Virus record (IMG/VR): IMGVR_UViG_3300031413_000601
Direction: 5' to 3' (one strand)
Source: an uncultured virus (IMG/VR IMGVR_UViG_3300031413_000601)
Taxonomy: Duplodnaviria; Heunggongvirae; Uroviricota; Caudoviricetes
DNA length: 64,000 nucleotides
Shown: positions 54,696 to 64,000 of the stretch, one piece after another
How positions within the stretch are numbered: the first letter of the stretch is position 1
How the letters are laid out: each line of letters starts with the position of its first letter
The notes under the pieces: generated by a model
The model's database searches: none
The model's input: the letters and a program-made list of their open reading frames with translations, nothing else
Told to the model about the DNA's origin: nothing
Translations under genes and position numbers: made by a program

Positions 54696-55814
54696 ATGAA
54701 CGCAGTTACGAAAGAAAGCCAAGCCGCTATGCAGTTGGCTCCCGCACCCGCTGACCTGCCAATGGTCGCCACCAGTAGCGCCTCGCTGATACTTGACAGC
54801 GCGAGCATGGACAGCATTATGCGCCTCGCGGACATCATGGCGAAGGGCCGCTCTACGATCCCAGAGCACCTGCGCGGCAACGCCGCCGACTGCGCCGCAG
54901 TGGTTATGCAGGCCGTCCAGTGGCGAATGAACCCATTTGCCGTCGCTCAAAAGACCCATCTCGTCAACGGGGTGCTGGGCTACGAGGCGCAACTGGTCAA
55001 CGCCGTGATCCAGTCGAGTGGCGTCGCTGAGGATCGCTTCAACTACGAATGGTACGGTCCATGGGAACGGATCATCGGCAAGACCAAAGTCATTACCGTG
55101 CCAGCCAAGGCCGACAAAAAAGAATACCAGTTCCGCGTACCGGATTACGGCATGGAAGCTGAGGCTGGTCTGGGCGTGCGCGTGTCGTGCACGTTGAAGG
55201 GTGAATCGGAGCCTCGCGTTCTTGATCTGCTGCTGGTACAAGCCAGTGTTCGCAATTCGCCACTTTGGGCGACCGACCCGAAACAGCAACTGGCGTACCT
55301 CGCCGTGAAGCGATGGACTCGGCTGCACGCGCCTGATGTGATCTTGGGCGTCTACACCCCGGATGAACTGGAAGAGGTGAACCGCGAGATCCGCGATATC
55401 ACCCCAGCGGCTGAGCAAGCCACGGGCGCCGTGCCTGCACCCGAAGCACCGCCGGAACTGATTCAGGAAGCGAAAGCTGCCGCGTCCAAAGGTGTTGCCG
55501 CTTACCAGAAATTCTGGAGCGACACCGGTGCACCAAACCGCAAAGCATTGGCGCCGTATCACGACGGCTGGAAGACTGCTGCCATCGCCGCCGACCAGGG
55601 CCGCACCGTCGACGCCGAGACGACCGCCGGCGCCACGAGGCCGCTGTCTGCGGACATGCAAGCACTGCTGGCCGACCTCACCGCCGACGCCGATGCCGGC
55701 GCCGATTTCTTCAACGAAGTATGGGGACGTTTGTCGCCGGCCACGCAAGACTGCCTGGTCAATGAATATCCCAAGTTGAAGGCCCGCGCCGAGGCTGCTG
55801 GAGCGGGCAAATGA
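54696..55814 (+). CDS. recT: RecT-family single-strand annealing protein
   Basis: MNPFAVAQKTHLVNGVLGYEAQLVNA, SPLWATDPKQQLAY, GVYTPDE. Confidence 0.92.
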   Translation: MNAVTKESQAAMQLAPAPADLPMVATSSASLILDSASMDSIMRLADIMAKGRSTIPEHLRGNAADCAAVVMQAVQWRMNPFAVAQKTHLVNGVLGYEAQLVNAVIQSSGVAEDRFNYEWYGPWERIIGKTKVITVPAKADKKEYQFRVPDYGMEAEAGLGVRVSCTLKGESEPRVLDLLLVQASVRNSPLWATDPKQQLAYLAVKRWTRLHAPDVILGVYTPDELEEVNREIRDITPAAEQATGAVPAPEAPPELIQEAKAAASKGVAAYQKFWSDTGAPNRKALAPYHDGWKTAAIAADQGRTVDAETTAGATRPLSADMQALLADLTADADAGADFFNEVWGRLSPATQDCLVNEYPKLKARAEAAGAGK

Positions 55815-56581
55815 TCGTCTTGAACTGCGCTCAAGGAAGCCCGGAATGGCACCAAGCCCGTGCGGGCGTGATCACCGCCAGCATGTTCGTGGTTGCCCGG
55901 TCGCGGACCGGCGGCTTGGACGAAAAGCAGCAGGCGTACGTCTCTGCGATCCGCTCCGGCATGAGCGAAGGCGCTGCCCGCGATCTGGCCGGCTACCGCG
56001 CGGCGCCGAAGGCTGAATCCATTCAGCGCGCCATCGAAGGTCTGCCGGTTGGTGACTTCTCGGAAGCGGCCAAGGCCTACGCCTTCCGCCTGGCCATCGA
56101 GCGCATCAGCGGCATGCCACTGGACGAGAGCTTTGAGACCTACGCCATGCGACGTGGCCACGAATTGGAGCCAGCGGCGCGGCGCGAACACGAGATTGCC
56201 AGCGGCCACATGGTTCAGCGCGCAGGCTTCGTTCTCTCCGGTGACCACCTGTTCGGCGCCAGCGCCGACGGCCTGATCGGCAAGGACGGCGGCAGCGAAT
56301 ACAAGTGCCTGATCTCGCCGGAGCGTCTGCAGCGCATTTACATCGACGGCGACGCCAGCGAGTTCATGGACCAGGTGCAGGGCTGCATGTGGCTCACGGC
56401 CCGGAAGTGGTGGGACTTCTGTGTGTACTGCCCCGCGATGGAAATCATCGACAAGCACCTGTGGATGCGCACCTACCAGCGCGACGACGAGTACATCGAT
56501 CAGATGGTTGAGGAGCTTGCCGAGTTTGAAAAATTGGTCACCCACTACGAAACAACTTTACGGATGAAGGAAGCAGCATGA
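55811..56581 (+). CDS. YqaJ/lambda-exonuclease-family protein
   Basis: QGSPEWHQARAGVITAS, RGHELEP.AR, ASADGL, EYKC, QVQG. Confidence 0.92.
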   Translation: MIVLNCAQGSPEWHQARAGVITASMFVVARSRTGGLDEKQQAYVSAIRSGMSEGAARDLAGYRAAPKAESIQRAIEGLPVGDFSEAAKAYAFRLAIERISGMPLDESFETYAMRRGHELEPAARREHEIASGHMVQRAGFVLSGDHLFGASADGLIGKDGGSEYKCLISPERLQRIYIDGDASEFMDQVQGCMWLTARKWWDFCVYCPAMEIIDKHLWMRTYQRDDEYIDQMVEELAEFEKLVTHYETTLRMKEAA

Positions 56582-58032
56582 ACAACCACCCAGCAGAAAA
56601 CGAAGCAGTCGGCGCCGTCGCAATCCAGGCTGACACGGGCGCGCCGGCCACCAGTCAACTGATCACCCTCGATCCAGCCAAGTATGTCGCGGAGGTGTTC
56701 AAGCCCTTCAACGACAAACTGGAAGCATTGAAGGTCGAAGCCGACGCGATTACCCCTGACGCCAGCACGACGGCCGGAATGGACGTTTGCATCAAGTATC
56801 GCGCCGCTTTCCGTGACGACGTGCGTATCGCCGGCGAGAAGGCCCGCGCCGACCGCAAGGCACCCATCCTCCAGATCGGCAAGCTGCTCGACACAAAGTA
56901 CCGCGACCTTCTCGAGGCGGTGGCTCCGTATGAGGCAAAGTTCCATAACGCGATCGAGGCGGAGAAGAAGCGCAAGGAAGAATTGAAGGCGGCCGAGGCA
57001 GCGCGCGCCGAGCAGATCCGCCTCCGCGTCGTCGCTATCCGCGAATTGCCGCTCCAGGCCGTCGGCCAGTCGGCCGAAGTGATTGTGAAGATGTTAGCGG
57101 CGCTGGAAGCCGACGAGCCCGACGATACATTCGGCGCCATGCTCGATGCGGCCAAGACCGCGCGCACCGAGGTGCTGGCCAAGCTCGCCGCGCTGCACGT
57201 CACCGCAACTCAAACGGAGGCAGAGGCCGCCCGCATCGCCGCCGAGCGCGCCGAACTGGCGCAGCTGCGCGAGGCCGCCGCTGAACGCCAGCGCCAGGCG
57301 CAAGCCGAAGCCGAGCGCGTCGCTGCTGCACAGAAGGCCGAGGCCGACCGCCTGGCCGCGCTGGCCGCCGAACAGGAAGCCGCTGCACTGCGTGAGCGTG
57401 AAGCTGCCGCTGCGCGCCTGAAGGCCGAGGCCGACGCTCAGGCAGAGGCGAATCGCGTAGCTCAAGCCGAAATCGATCGCCAGCGCACGGAACTCGACGC
57501 TGCCAGGGCTGCGGCCGACGCCGAGCGCCAAGCGGCCGCCGACCAGGCTGAGCGCGACCGCGTAGCCGCCGCGACCAAGGCGCAGATGGAGCAGCAGGCT
57601 GCCGCCGTCGCCGCCCAGCGCACAGCCCGAGCCGAAGCCGACCGCGTCGCCCAGCAGGAGCACCACACCCGCGGAAGCGCCCTCGCCGCCGCCCACCAGA
57701 GCCTGGCGCAGGAGAAGGCCGCCGCGCTGGCCGACCAGGGCCAGCTCACAGACCTGGCGAACGCGCAGACCGGCACCGCCGTCGCCGATGACCTGTTCTC
57801 GACCGGCAGCGCCGCGAGCGCCAGCGACGCAACCACTGCGCCGGCACTGCGCCTGGGCCAGATCGGCGAGCGCCTCGGTATTTCCCTCACGGCCGACTTC
57901 CTGAGCTCGCTGGGCTTCGCGCCGGTGGCCACCGACCGCGCCGCCAAGCTGTATCACGAAGCAGATTTCCCGCGCATGTGCGCTGCGCTGAGCCGCCACA
58001 TCGCCACCGTCCAAGCCAAGTATTCCGTTTAA
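56578..58032 (+). CDS. Long Ala/Glu/Arg-rich coiled-coil protein
   Basis: 484 aa; C-terminal LRLGQI.ERLG..LTADFL..LGF. Confidence 0.8.
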   Translation: MNNHPAENEAVGAVAIQADTGAPATSQLITLDPAKYVAEVFKPFNDKLEALKVEADAITPDASTTAGMDVCIKYRAAFRDDVRIAGEKARADRKAPILQIGKLLDTKYRDLLEAVAPYEAKFHNAIEAEKKRKEELKAAEAARAEQIRLRVVAIRELPLQAVGQSAEVIVKMLAALEADEPDDTFGAMLDAAKTARTEVLAKLAALHVTATQTEAEAARIAAERAELAQLREAAAERQRQAQAEAERVAAAQKAEADRLAALAAEQEAAALREREAAAARLKAEADAQAEANRVAQAEIDRQRTELDAARAAADAERQAAADQAERDRVAAATKAQMEQQAAAVAAQRTARAEADRVAQQEHHTRGSALAAAHQSLAQEKAAALADQGQLTDLANAQTGTAVADDLFSTGSAASASDATTAPALRLGQIGERLGISLTADFLSSLGFAPVATDRAAKLYHEADFPRMCAALSRHIATVQAKYSV

Positions 58033-58056
58033 CCCGTTCACCACCAGGAGCCAACC

Positions 58057-58356
58057 ATGAACGCAAACAGCATCCCGCTCACCCCGGTCAAGTCCAGCAA
58101 GCTGCACGCCATCGGCCACGACGCCGCCAGCCAGACCCTGGCCATCCAGTTCTTCGCCAAGGGCGCGCCCGGCAACGTGTACCACTACGCCAACTTCACG
58201 GCGCAGGAATTCACCGCCTTCGCCGGCGCCGAGTCCGTGGGCAAGCACTTCATCGCGCACATCCAGCCGCATAAGGACAAGCACCCGTACCAGAACATGG
58301 GTGTGCCGGCGGCGCCGGTCGCGGCCGAGACGGCGGCGCCAGGAGTTGCAGCGTGA
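58057..58356 (+). CDS. KTSC domain protein
   Basis: VKSS.LHAIGHD...TL.IQF....VYHY......F..A.SVGKHF..HI. Confidence 0.9.
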   Translation: MNANSIPLTPVKSSKLHAIGHDAASQTLAIQFFAKGAPGNVYHYANFTAQEFTAFAGAESVGKHFIAHIQPHKDKHPYQNMGVPAAPVAAETAAPGVAA

Positions 58357-58589
58357 GCCGCCGGCCACCATCGGCCGCGCAGTTACAGGCGGCCTGCGAC
58401 AAGTTCAACGCAGCGCACGAGGTCGGCGCCGCCGTCACCGTGCTGCTGGACAATGGCGAGGTCCGCGAGACCATCACCACCAGTGAAGCTCAAGTGCTCA
58501 GCGGCCACAGCGCCGTGATCTGGCTCGAAGGCATCAGTGGCTGCGACCTGCTGGAGCGCGTGGCACCACTCGAGGCGACCGCAGCATGA
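58353..58589 (+). CDS. Hypothetical protein
   Basis: T.T.SEAQVLSGHSAVIWLEG.SGC. Confidence 0.7.
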   Translation: MSRRPPSAAQLQAACDKFNAAHEVGAAVTVLLDNGEVRETITTSEAQVLSGHSAVIWLEGISGCDLLERVAPLEATAA

Positions 58590-58617
58590 ACGCGCGCCGC
58601 GCAGCGGGAGCACCGCC

Positions 58618-59031
58618 TTGACTCGCCAGACGTTTTTCCTTGTCCACGCCGAGGCCCGGCGCCGCGCCGCTGCTTTCGCTGGTTCGGCCCCGGATGGCTG
58701 GATGGTCGTCTTCTCCGAGCCGCGCAAGAAGCGCGCCCAAGAAGAAAAGTATCACGCGATGATCGGCGAAATCGCGAAACAGATCGATCACATCGGCCGC
58801 AAGTGGGACGCGGACGACATGAAGCGCCTGCTGGTGGACGAATTTGCCGAAGAGATGCGCCTGGCCTGCACGCCGCTGCATCACGACGGCCGCGTCACCG
58901 TGAGTTTCGACGGGCGCCGCACCGTACAGCTCGGCATCCAGACCGCCGAGTTCTACGTGAAGGAAGCGGCGCAGTTTATTGAATTTTTGTATGCCTTCGG
59001 CACCGCGCGCGGCGTCGTATTTTCAGAATAG
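58618..59031 (+). CDS. ninB: NinB-family recombination protein
   Basis: [20 protein letters not shown]...W..DDMK...LG..T..F......[14 protein letters not shown]; start uncertain. Confidence 0.8.
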   Translation: MTRQTFFLVHAEARRRAAAFAGSAPDGWMVVFSEPRKKRAQEEKYHAMIGEIAKQIDHIGRKWDADDMKRLLVDEFAEEMRLACTPLHHDGRVTVSFDGRRTVQLGIQTAEFYVKEAAQFIEFLYAFGTARGVVFSE

Positions 59032-59038
59032 GATCACC

Positions 59039-60502
59039 ATGTTCAAAAACCTTCAGATCTACCGCCTCCCGCGCAATTGGCCCATGACCGCCGAGACGCT
59101 GGCCGCCGCGCTGGAGCCGCACGCATTCACGCCGGCCAGCAGCAATGAGCTGGTCCGCCAGGGCTGGGACGCACCTCGCAAGGACGGCGGCCTCGTGCAT
59201 GCCGTGAACAAGCAAATGCTGATCCGCCTGCGCGGCGAGAAGAAGCTGCTGCCAGCCACCGTAATCAACCAGGTGACGAAGGCGCGTTCCGCCGAAATGG
59301 AAGAAGCGCAAGGCTTCGCGCCGGGAAAGAAGGCGATGAAAGAATTGAAGGAACGCGTAGCGGACGAGCTGCTGCCGCGCGCTTTCAGCATCGAGTCGAA
59401 CATCTGGACTTGGATCGATCCGGTGAACGGATGGCTGGTGGTGGACGCGGCCAGCCCGTCGAAGGCCGACGAGGTGATCAAGTTGCTGCTCAAGGCCGTG
59501 GACAAGCTGCCGCTGGAAAGCCTGCGCGTGCAGCGCTCGCCGGTGGGCGTGATGACCGAATGGCTGCAAACCGACGAGGCGCCGGCCGGCTTCACCGTGG
59601 ACATGGACGCCACGCTGCGCGCCACCGGCGAGAGCAAAGCCCAGGTGGCTTACAAACGCCACACACTGGAGCCGGGCGAGGTCCGCCGCCACATCGAGGC
59701 GGGCAAGCAGTGCACGCGCCTGGCCATGACCTGGGACAGCAAGATCAGCTTCGTGCTGGACGAGACGCTGGCCATCAAATCGATCAAGCCGCTCGACGTG
59801 CTGACTGAAGAAACGCGCGGCACCAGCCGCAACGATGACGAGCGCTTCGACGGCGACTTCATGCTGATGACCGGCGAGCTGGCGAAGATGCTGGCGGACG
59901 TGGTCGATGCGCTGGGCGGCGAGGCAACGGTGGATTCGCCCGGCGTGGAGAAGCGCGCAGCGCCGGGCGTGCAGCCGAAGATCGAGCGCGCCGTGCGCCT
60001 GAGCGCTGATCTGTACAAGGTCCGCAGTCACTATCGTGACGGGCTGGCCGAGCTTTATCAGGAAACCATTGAGCCGGCCATCGCGAGCCTGCACGAGAAG
60101 ATGTCGGTCACCGGCGAGTGCGCGATTACATGCGCCATTGCCCTGGCCAAGGCCCTGCCGGCGGGATCGCAAGCCGGGCAGCTTTACCTGGTGGCGGCGG
60201 TCGAAATCCTGGAGCCAAGCCTGCGGCCAGCAGCCGGAGACGAGCCTGTGCGCGAGCAGCGCGTGGTGAAGAGCCTGGGCGCCGACATACCCGCTGGCGA
60301 CGGCAGCGCCACCGATCCGCTGTACGACCAGGCCGTGGCGGTGGTGCGCACCAACCAGCGGGCGTCGATTTCGCTGGTGCAGCGACACCTGCGCGTAGGC
60401 TACAACCGCGCGGCGCGGTTGCTTGAGGCGATGGAGGGTTCGGTAGTCGGGCCAATGGTCGGCGACCACCGCGAAGTGCTGGCGCAGGGAGCGGCAGCAT
60501 GA
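59039..60502 (+). CDS. rdgC: RdgC fused to C-terminal FtsK gamma domain
   Basis: [33 protein letters not shown]; then DPLYDQAV......[26 protein letters not shown]. Confidence 0.92.
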   Translation: MFKNLQIYRLPRNWPMTAETLAAALEPHAFTPASSNELVRQGWDAPRKDGGLVHAVNKQMLIRLRGEKKLLPATVINQVTKARSAEMEEAQGFAPGKKAMKELKERVADELLPRAFSIESNIWTWIDPVNGWLVVDAASPSKADEVIKLLLKAVDKLPLESLRVQRSPVGVMTEWLQTDEAPAGFTVDMDATLRATGESKAQVAYKRHTLEPGEVRRHIEAGKQCTRLAMTWDSKISFVLDETLAIKSIKPLDVLTEETRGTSRNDDERFDGDFMLMTGELAKMLADVVDALGGEATVDSPGVEKRAAPGVQPKIERAVRLSADLYKVRSHYRDGLAELYQETIEPAIASLHEKMSVTGECAITCAIALAKALPAGSQAGQLYLVAAVEILEPSLRPAAGDEPVREQRVVKSLGADIPAGDGSATDPLYDQAVAVVRTNQRASISLVQRHLRVGYNRAARLLEAMEGSVVGPMVGDHREVLAQGAAA

Positions 60503-60873
60503 GCGCGTGGATCCGATACACCCTTACCTTTGACGACACCTGCAGCGATGTCGTGGTCGATGTGCGCGCGCCAGAAAGCGACGAGACAGTCGCCCTGTGC
60601 ACGATGATCAATGAGTTCTGGGGCGGTGCCGACGACCGGCTTGCTGAGGCTGACGACGATGTCGTGATCGCGGTGCTCAACATGCTGTGCCGGCGCGCGC
60701 TGGCAGAGGAAATCTCCAGTGGCATCGGCGCCGTGTACGAGTTCGCTGTACGCGGCGTTGAAGGCTGGCCGTTGCTGAACGGATCGAGCGGCATCCGGCT
60801 GGTGAGCGTGGAGCGCATCGACTTCGAAAACGAGGTCAGCATCCGGAAAGAATTGATCGAGGTGAAAGAGTGA
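60499..60873 (+). CDS. DUF2528-like hypothetical protein
   Basis: [23 protein letters not shown]. Confidence 0.65.
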   Translation: MSAWIRYTLTFDDTCSDVVVDVRAPESDETVALCTMINEFWGGADDRLAEADDDVVIAVLNMLCRRALAEEISSGIGAVYEFAVRGVEGWPLLNGSSGIRLVSVERIDFENEVSIRKELIEVKE

Positions 60874-61832
60874 GCGAGAACACGAAAATCGAATGGGCAG
60901 ACCACACGTTTAATCCGTGGGAAGGTTGCACCAAGGTCGGCCCAGGCTGCGACCACTGCTACGCCGAGACGCGCAACGCGCGCTTCGCTGGGGGCACGGC
61001 CGTCAACTGGGGGCCGGGCGCGCCGCGCCGACGCACCAGCGCTGCCAACTGGCGCAAGCCGCTGGCGTGGAACGCTGCTGCAGCTGACTTCATGGCGGCG
61101 CACGGCCGGCGCCAGCGCGTGTTCTGCGCCAGCCTGGCCGACGTCTTCGACAACGCTGTAGATCCGCAGTGGCGCTTCGATCTGATGCGCCTGATCGAGC
61201 AAACCCCGGCGCTGGATTGGCTGCTGCTGACCAAGCGTATCGGCAATGCGGCTGCGATGCTGGATCAGGCGTTGCTGGCGATCAACCACGGCCGTTGGAA
61301 TTGGCGCGATAACACCTTTCCTAACGTTTGGCTTGGCGCCACGGTCGTCGACCAGGTCGAGGCCGACCGCGACATACCGAAATTGCTGGCCGTGCCTGCC
61401 GCGCACCGGTTCCTGAGCATCGAGCCGCTGCTGGGCGAACTCGATCTCAGCCTGTTCCTGCACGACGCGCACCTGCCTGTCGGCCAATCCGTTGATTGGG
61501 TGATCGCGGGCGGCGAGTCCGGCCCGGGCGCGCGCCCGATGCATCCGGACTGGGTGCGTGACTTGCGCGACCAGTGCGCGGCCGCCGCCGTGCCGTTCCT
61601 GTTCAAGCAATGGGGCGAGTGGACACCTGGCGAATGCGCCGAGAACACGCTGGACATGCGGACGGTAGAAGTCGCCGATCTCTCGCTAAATGGCGAATGG
61701 CAGTATCAAACCATCGCTGGGAATAGCGAGTTCCATCGCGATGACGAGCCATCCGTGTACCGCGCCGGCAAGCGCGCCGCCGGCCGCATGCTCGACGGCG
61801 TGCAGCACGATGGCTTCCCGAGCATGCCATGA
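60870..61832 (+). CDS. Phage Gp37/Gp68 (DUF5131) radical-SAM-like protein
   Basis: IEWADHTFNPWEGCTKVGPGCDHCYA, LLTKR, FLSIEPLLG, WVIAGGESG, FKQWG. Confidence 0.92.
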   Translation: MSENTKIEWADHTFNPWEGCTKVGPGCDHCYAETRNARFAGGTAVNWGPGAPRRRTSAANWRKPLAWNAAAADFMAAHGRRQRVFCASLADVFDNAVDPQWRFDLMRLIEQTPALDWLLLTKRIGNAAAMLDQALLAINHGRWNWRDNTFPNVWLGATVVDQVEADRDIPKLLAVPAAHRFLSIEPLLGELDLSLFLHDAHLPVGQSVDWVIAGGESGPGARPMHPDWVRDLRDQCAAAAVPFLFKQWGEWTPGECAENTLDMRTVEVADLSLNGEWQYQTIAGNSEFHRDDEPSVYRAGKRAAGRMLDGVQHDGFPSMP

Positions 61833-62263
61833 ACCCGCGCATTTACAAGAAGCAGGCGAAGCGCGCGGTGGAGCTGCTGCGCAGCCATGGCGACAGCACC
61901 GAATACGTCGCGAGTGAAGAACCTGGTGTGATCGACATCCCGATGAAGTATCCGCGCATTAAGTGGCTGCGCCGCGCCAACCCTGCGCGTTACAACCTGT
62001 GGCAGCGGATTGGCAGCATTCCAGAGCATCACTACCTCAGTTTTGACGAATGGGATGGGCATGATGCGCGTACCGGCTGGATTCAGCATTACGACCATGC
62101 GCGCCTTCCACCCGACTACTGGGATGGCCCTGAGTGGGGCGACGGTGGCGGTAAGCCGTGGCCACGTATGTCCACGGCACAACGCATGAGCATGTGGCGC
62201 CTCAACCAGATCGCGCCGGGCTGGCGATGGCGCGGCGGCCGCGTGATGAAGGTGAAGTCGTGA
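61829..62263 (+). CDS. Trp-rich hypothetical protein
   Basis: 144 aa, ATGA overlap. Confidence 0.65.
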   Translation: MNPRIYKKQAKRAVELLRSHGDSTEYVASEEPGVIDIPMKYPRIKWLRRANPARYNLWQRIGSIPEHHYLSFDEWDGHDARTGWIQHYDHARLPPDYWDGPEWGDGGGKPWPRMSTAQRMSMWRLNQIAPGWRWRGGRVMKVKS

Positions 62264-62354
62264 CGCCCCGCACCTTCCGACGCGTGGCCTGCATCGGCGC
62301 ACTCAAGCTGTACGGGTTGTGCCTGGCCGCCCTGCTCTGCGACTGGATGTCGAA

Positions 62355-62588
62355 GTGAGCGCGCGCGACCCGCTGACGGCGGCCACCGAGCAGGACCAGG
62401 CCGACCAGCACGACCTGCGCATCCACCGCGCAATGCAGCGTGCGCTGCCGGTGATCCACAACGGATTGAAAAAGTTCATCGCCGGCTTCTGCCACCACAG
62501 CGGCGATGCGGAAATGGTGGTCTACCTCAAGGGCAGTCCGACACCGGTGCGGCCATGTGACATTACGATATTGGAGCAACCCCAATGA
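62355..62588 (+). CDS. Hypothetical protein
   Basis: GTG start; coupled to downstream gene. Confidence 0.5.
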   Translation: MSARDPLTAATEQDQADQHDLRIHRAMQRALPVIHNGLKKFIAGFCHHSGDAEMVVYLKGSPTPVRPCDITILEQPQ

Positions 62589-63307
62589 TTGACCTCGATA
62601 AACTTGAAGCGCTGGCGCGCGCGGCGACGCCGGGCCCATGGCATTTTCTTTTTGTTGAAAGCGACGACAGCGCCTATCCGTCCGACGGATGCCACGTCTA
62701 CGCCGACAACAAGAAGCCGCTGATTACCGACGATGATGCACCGTGCGAAAGCGATTCGATCTACATCGCCGCCGCCAACCCGGCCGCTGTGCTCGAGCTG
62801 ATCGCCCTCGCGCGCCAGGCTACCGGCGTCGGCATAGCCGCCATCCCGCTGGTGAGCGGCGAGCAGCTGGCGCGGACATTCCCGGTTGCGGAGGAATCTA
62901 ATTACCCCGAATTCGATGGATTTACTCCGCATTCGGTGCAGCAGCATACGCCACTTGCGATCCACGGCCAAGCTGGCGACATCTTCGACCTGATTCGCGA
63001 GTGGGCGCACCTGCCGGAGAACAAGCGCGGGAACGTGGCGCGCCGCATTATTAAACACCTGAATCGGACGTACGCGGCTGGCGTTCGCGATACTCGCACT
63101 CAGCTGGCCGTTGCGGGCGACGCCAAATTCACGCCATTGGCTCTGGAGCAGGCCGCCCAGGCGTGCGACCAACAGGCCGATGGCACCAACGGCCCGTACC
63201 GCACGGCGTGCTTGCAATGCGCCAACGCGGTGCGCGAGCTGCGCGACGCCGCCATTAACGCTGATGACCGGCAGGCGGTCGCAACCGACCAGGGGACCCA
63301 CCCGTGA
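62585..63307 (+). CDS. Ead/Ea22-like protein
   Basis: LEALARAATPGPW...YIAAANPAAVLELI. Confidence 0.85.
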   Translation: MIDLDKLEALARAATPGPWHFLFVESDDSAYPSDGCHVYADNKKPLITDDDAPCESDSIYIAAANPAAVLELIALARQATGVGIAAIPLVSGEQLARTFPVAEESNYPEFDGFTPHSVQQHTPLAIHGQAGDIFDLIREWAHLPENKRGNVARRIIKHLNRTYAAGVRDTRTQLAVAGDAKFTPLALEQAAQACDQQADGTNGPYRTACLQCANAVRELRDAAINADDRQAVATDQGTHP

Positions 63308-63642
63308 AATTCGACGAAAGCGAACTGGCCCGCATTGCCGAACTGGTGGCAAGCAAAAACAAGAACCCGCTGGGCGAGTTGAACCGGCAACAGATTTGCA
63401 CCGCGCTTGGCGTGAGCGAATCAACAATCCGGCGGCTCGAACAGCAGGGAATGCCGTACACGCCAGTGGGAGCGCGCTCCAAACGCTACGACCTGGCAGA
63501 ATGCAAAAATTGGTTAAAGGAAAACAATACATGTCCATCTGGGACGACAAAAACGGCCGCAAACACGTCGGGATCATGGTCGCCGGGAAAAGAGTTCACC
63601 GAATCTTGCCGGAAGGTGCAACTACGAGTGATGCCAAGCTAG
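63304..63642 (+). CDS. Excisionase-like HTH protein
   Basis: LNRQQICTALGVSESTIRRL..GMPY......RYDL; overlaps the integrase start. Confidence 0.75.
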   Translation: MKFDESELARIAELVASKNKNPLGELNRQQICTALGVSESTIRRLEQQGMPYTPVGARSKRYDLAECKNWLKENNTCPSGTTKTAANTSGSWSPGKEFTESCRKVQLRVMPS

Positions 63643-64000
63643 TCGAGGCTGAGCTTCGCGCGGCGGTGGCGCGGGCACCGAAGGAAAAGAAGGTCGCCAT
63701 CCCCGGCGATCCGCCGATGCTGCAAATCCTCGAGATCTACATGCAGCACTCCGAGACGTTGCGCAGCGCAAGCACTTCTAAACACCACGCGATGCGCCTG
63801 ATACCGTGGGCTAAAAAGTACCGCGCTAGCCAGGCGCAGGAGTTTGCTGACCACGTGATTCGTGATATGAGGAAGCTTATCGACGACCCCAAAACAGGAG
63901 GTCAGAAGCCGGCGTATGCGGCGGCAACGATCAACCGATCGCTTGCCTGCGCTAAGAAGGGGCTGACTCTCGCGTGGAAGCGGCGCCTGACGCAAGAAAA
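63531..64000 (+). CDS. Tyrosine integrase, N-terminal part (truncated by window)
   Basis: Open frame MSIWDDKNGRKHVGIMVAGKRVHR...AAATINRSLACAKK to the edge; catalytic residues not in window. Confidence 0.7.
   Translation, partial: MSIWDDKNGRKHVGIMVAGKRVHRILPEGATTSDAKLVEAELRAAVARAPKEKKVAIPGDPPMLQILEIYMQHSETLRSASTSKHHAMRLIPWAKKYRASQAQEFADHVIRDMRKLIDDPKTGGQKPAYAAATINRSLACAKKGLTLAWKRRLTQE

Larger units (their letters stand above)
1..64000. mobile_element. Lambdoid temperate prophage (siphovirus-type); ends and att sites not identified in window
   Basis: Ordered lysis, tail, head, packaging, Q, replication, cro/cI, recombination, xis and int modules; integrase runs off the right edge. Confidence 0.97.

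Noticed and set aside
1..64000. CRISPR array, tRNA genes, reverse transcriptase (retron or DGR), IS transposase
   Set aside because: No repeat-spacer array, canonical tRNA cloverleaf, RT motif or DDE transposase seen by eye
63531..64000. attL/attR assignment
   Set aside because: Integrase runs off the window and no terminal direct repeat could be identified

Overview
The window is almost entirely one lambdoid temperate prophage with a non-contractile tail, in a GC-rich betaproteobacterium (the proteins look Oxalobacteraceae/Massilia-like; this is inference). Left to right: an SOS-boxed divergent pair with a truncated SRAP gene; a low-GC RES-like moron; lysis cassette; tail fibre/tip, tape measure, G/GT chaperones, tube and neck; a head module (P22-coat-like capsid, scaffold, MuF with a JAB-like extension, portal, terminases); morons including a PEP-CTERM protein; a large serine recombinase between Q and the putative late promoter; O/P-like replication genes; a DNA-modification cluster (helicase-methyltransferase fusion, DndC-like PP-loop enzyme, C5 methyltransferase, HNH); antirepressor, cro/cI switch with five operators; immunity-region membrane genes; the early operon (RecT, YqaJ, KTSC, NinB, RdgC-FtsK-gamma, Gp37/68, Ead/Ea22); xis; and the start of a tyrosine integrase cut by the window edge. 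Top candidates for new biology: (1) an immunity-region membrane protein carrying a copy of a segment of the phage's own tape measure protein, (2) a stand-alone DndC-like enzyme among DNA methylases, (3) a MuF-JAB fusion followed by small ORFs, (4) an HNH cassette with a synonymously recoded duplicate of the methylase 3' end, (5) several structured non-coding RNA candidates. All family calls come from reading motifs by eye; no searches were run.
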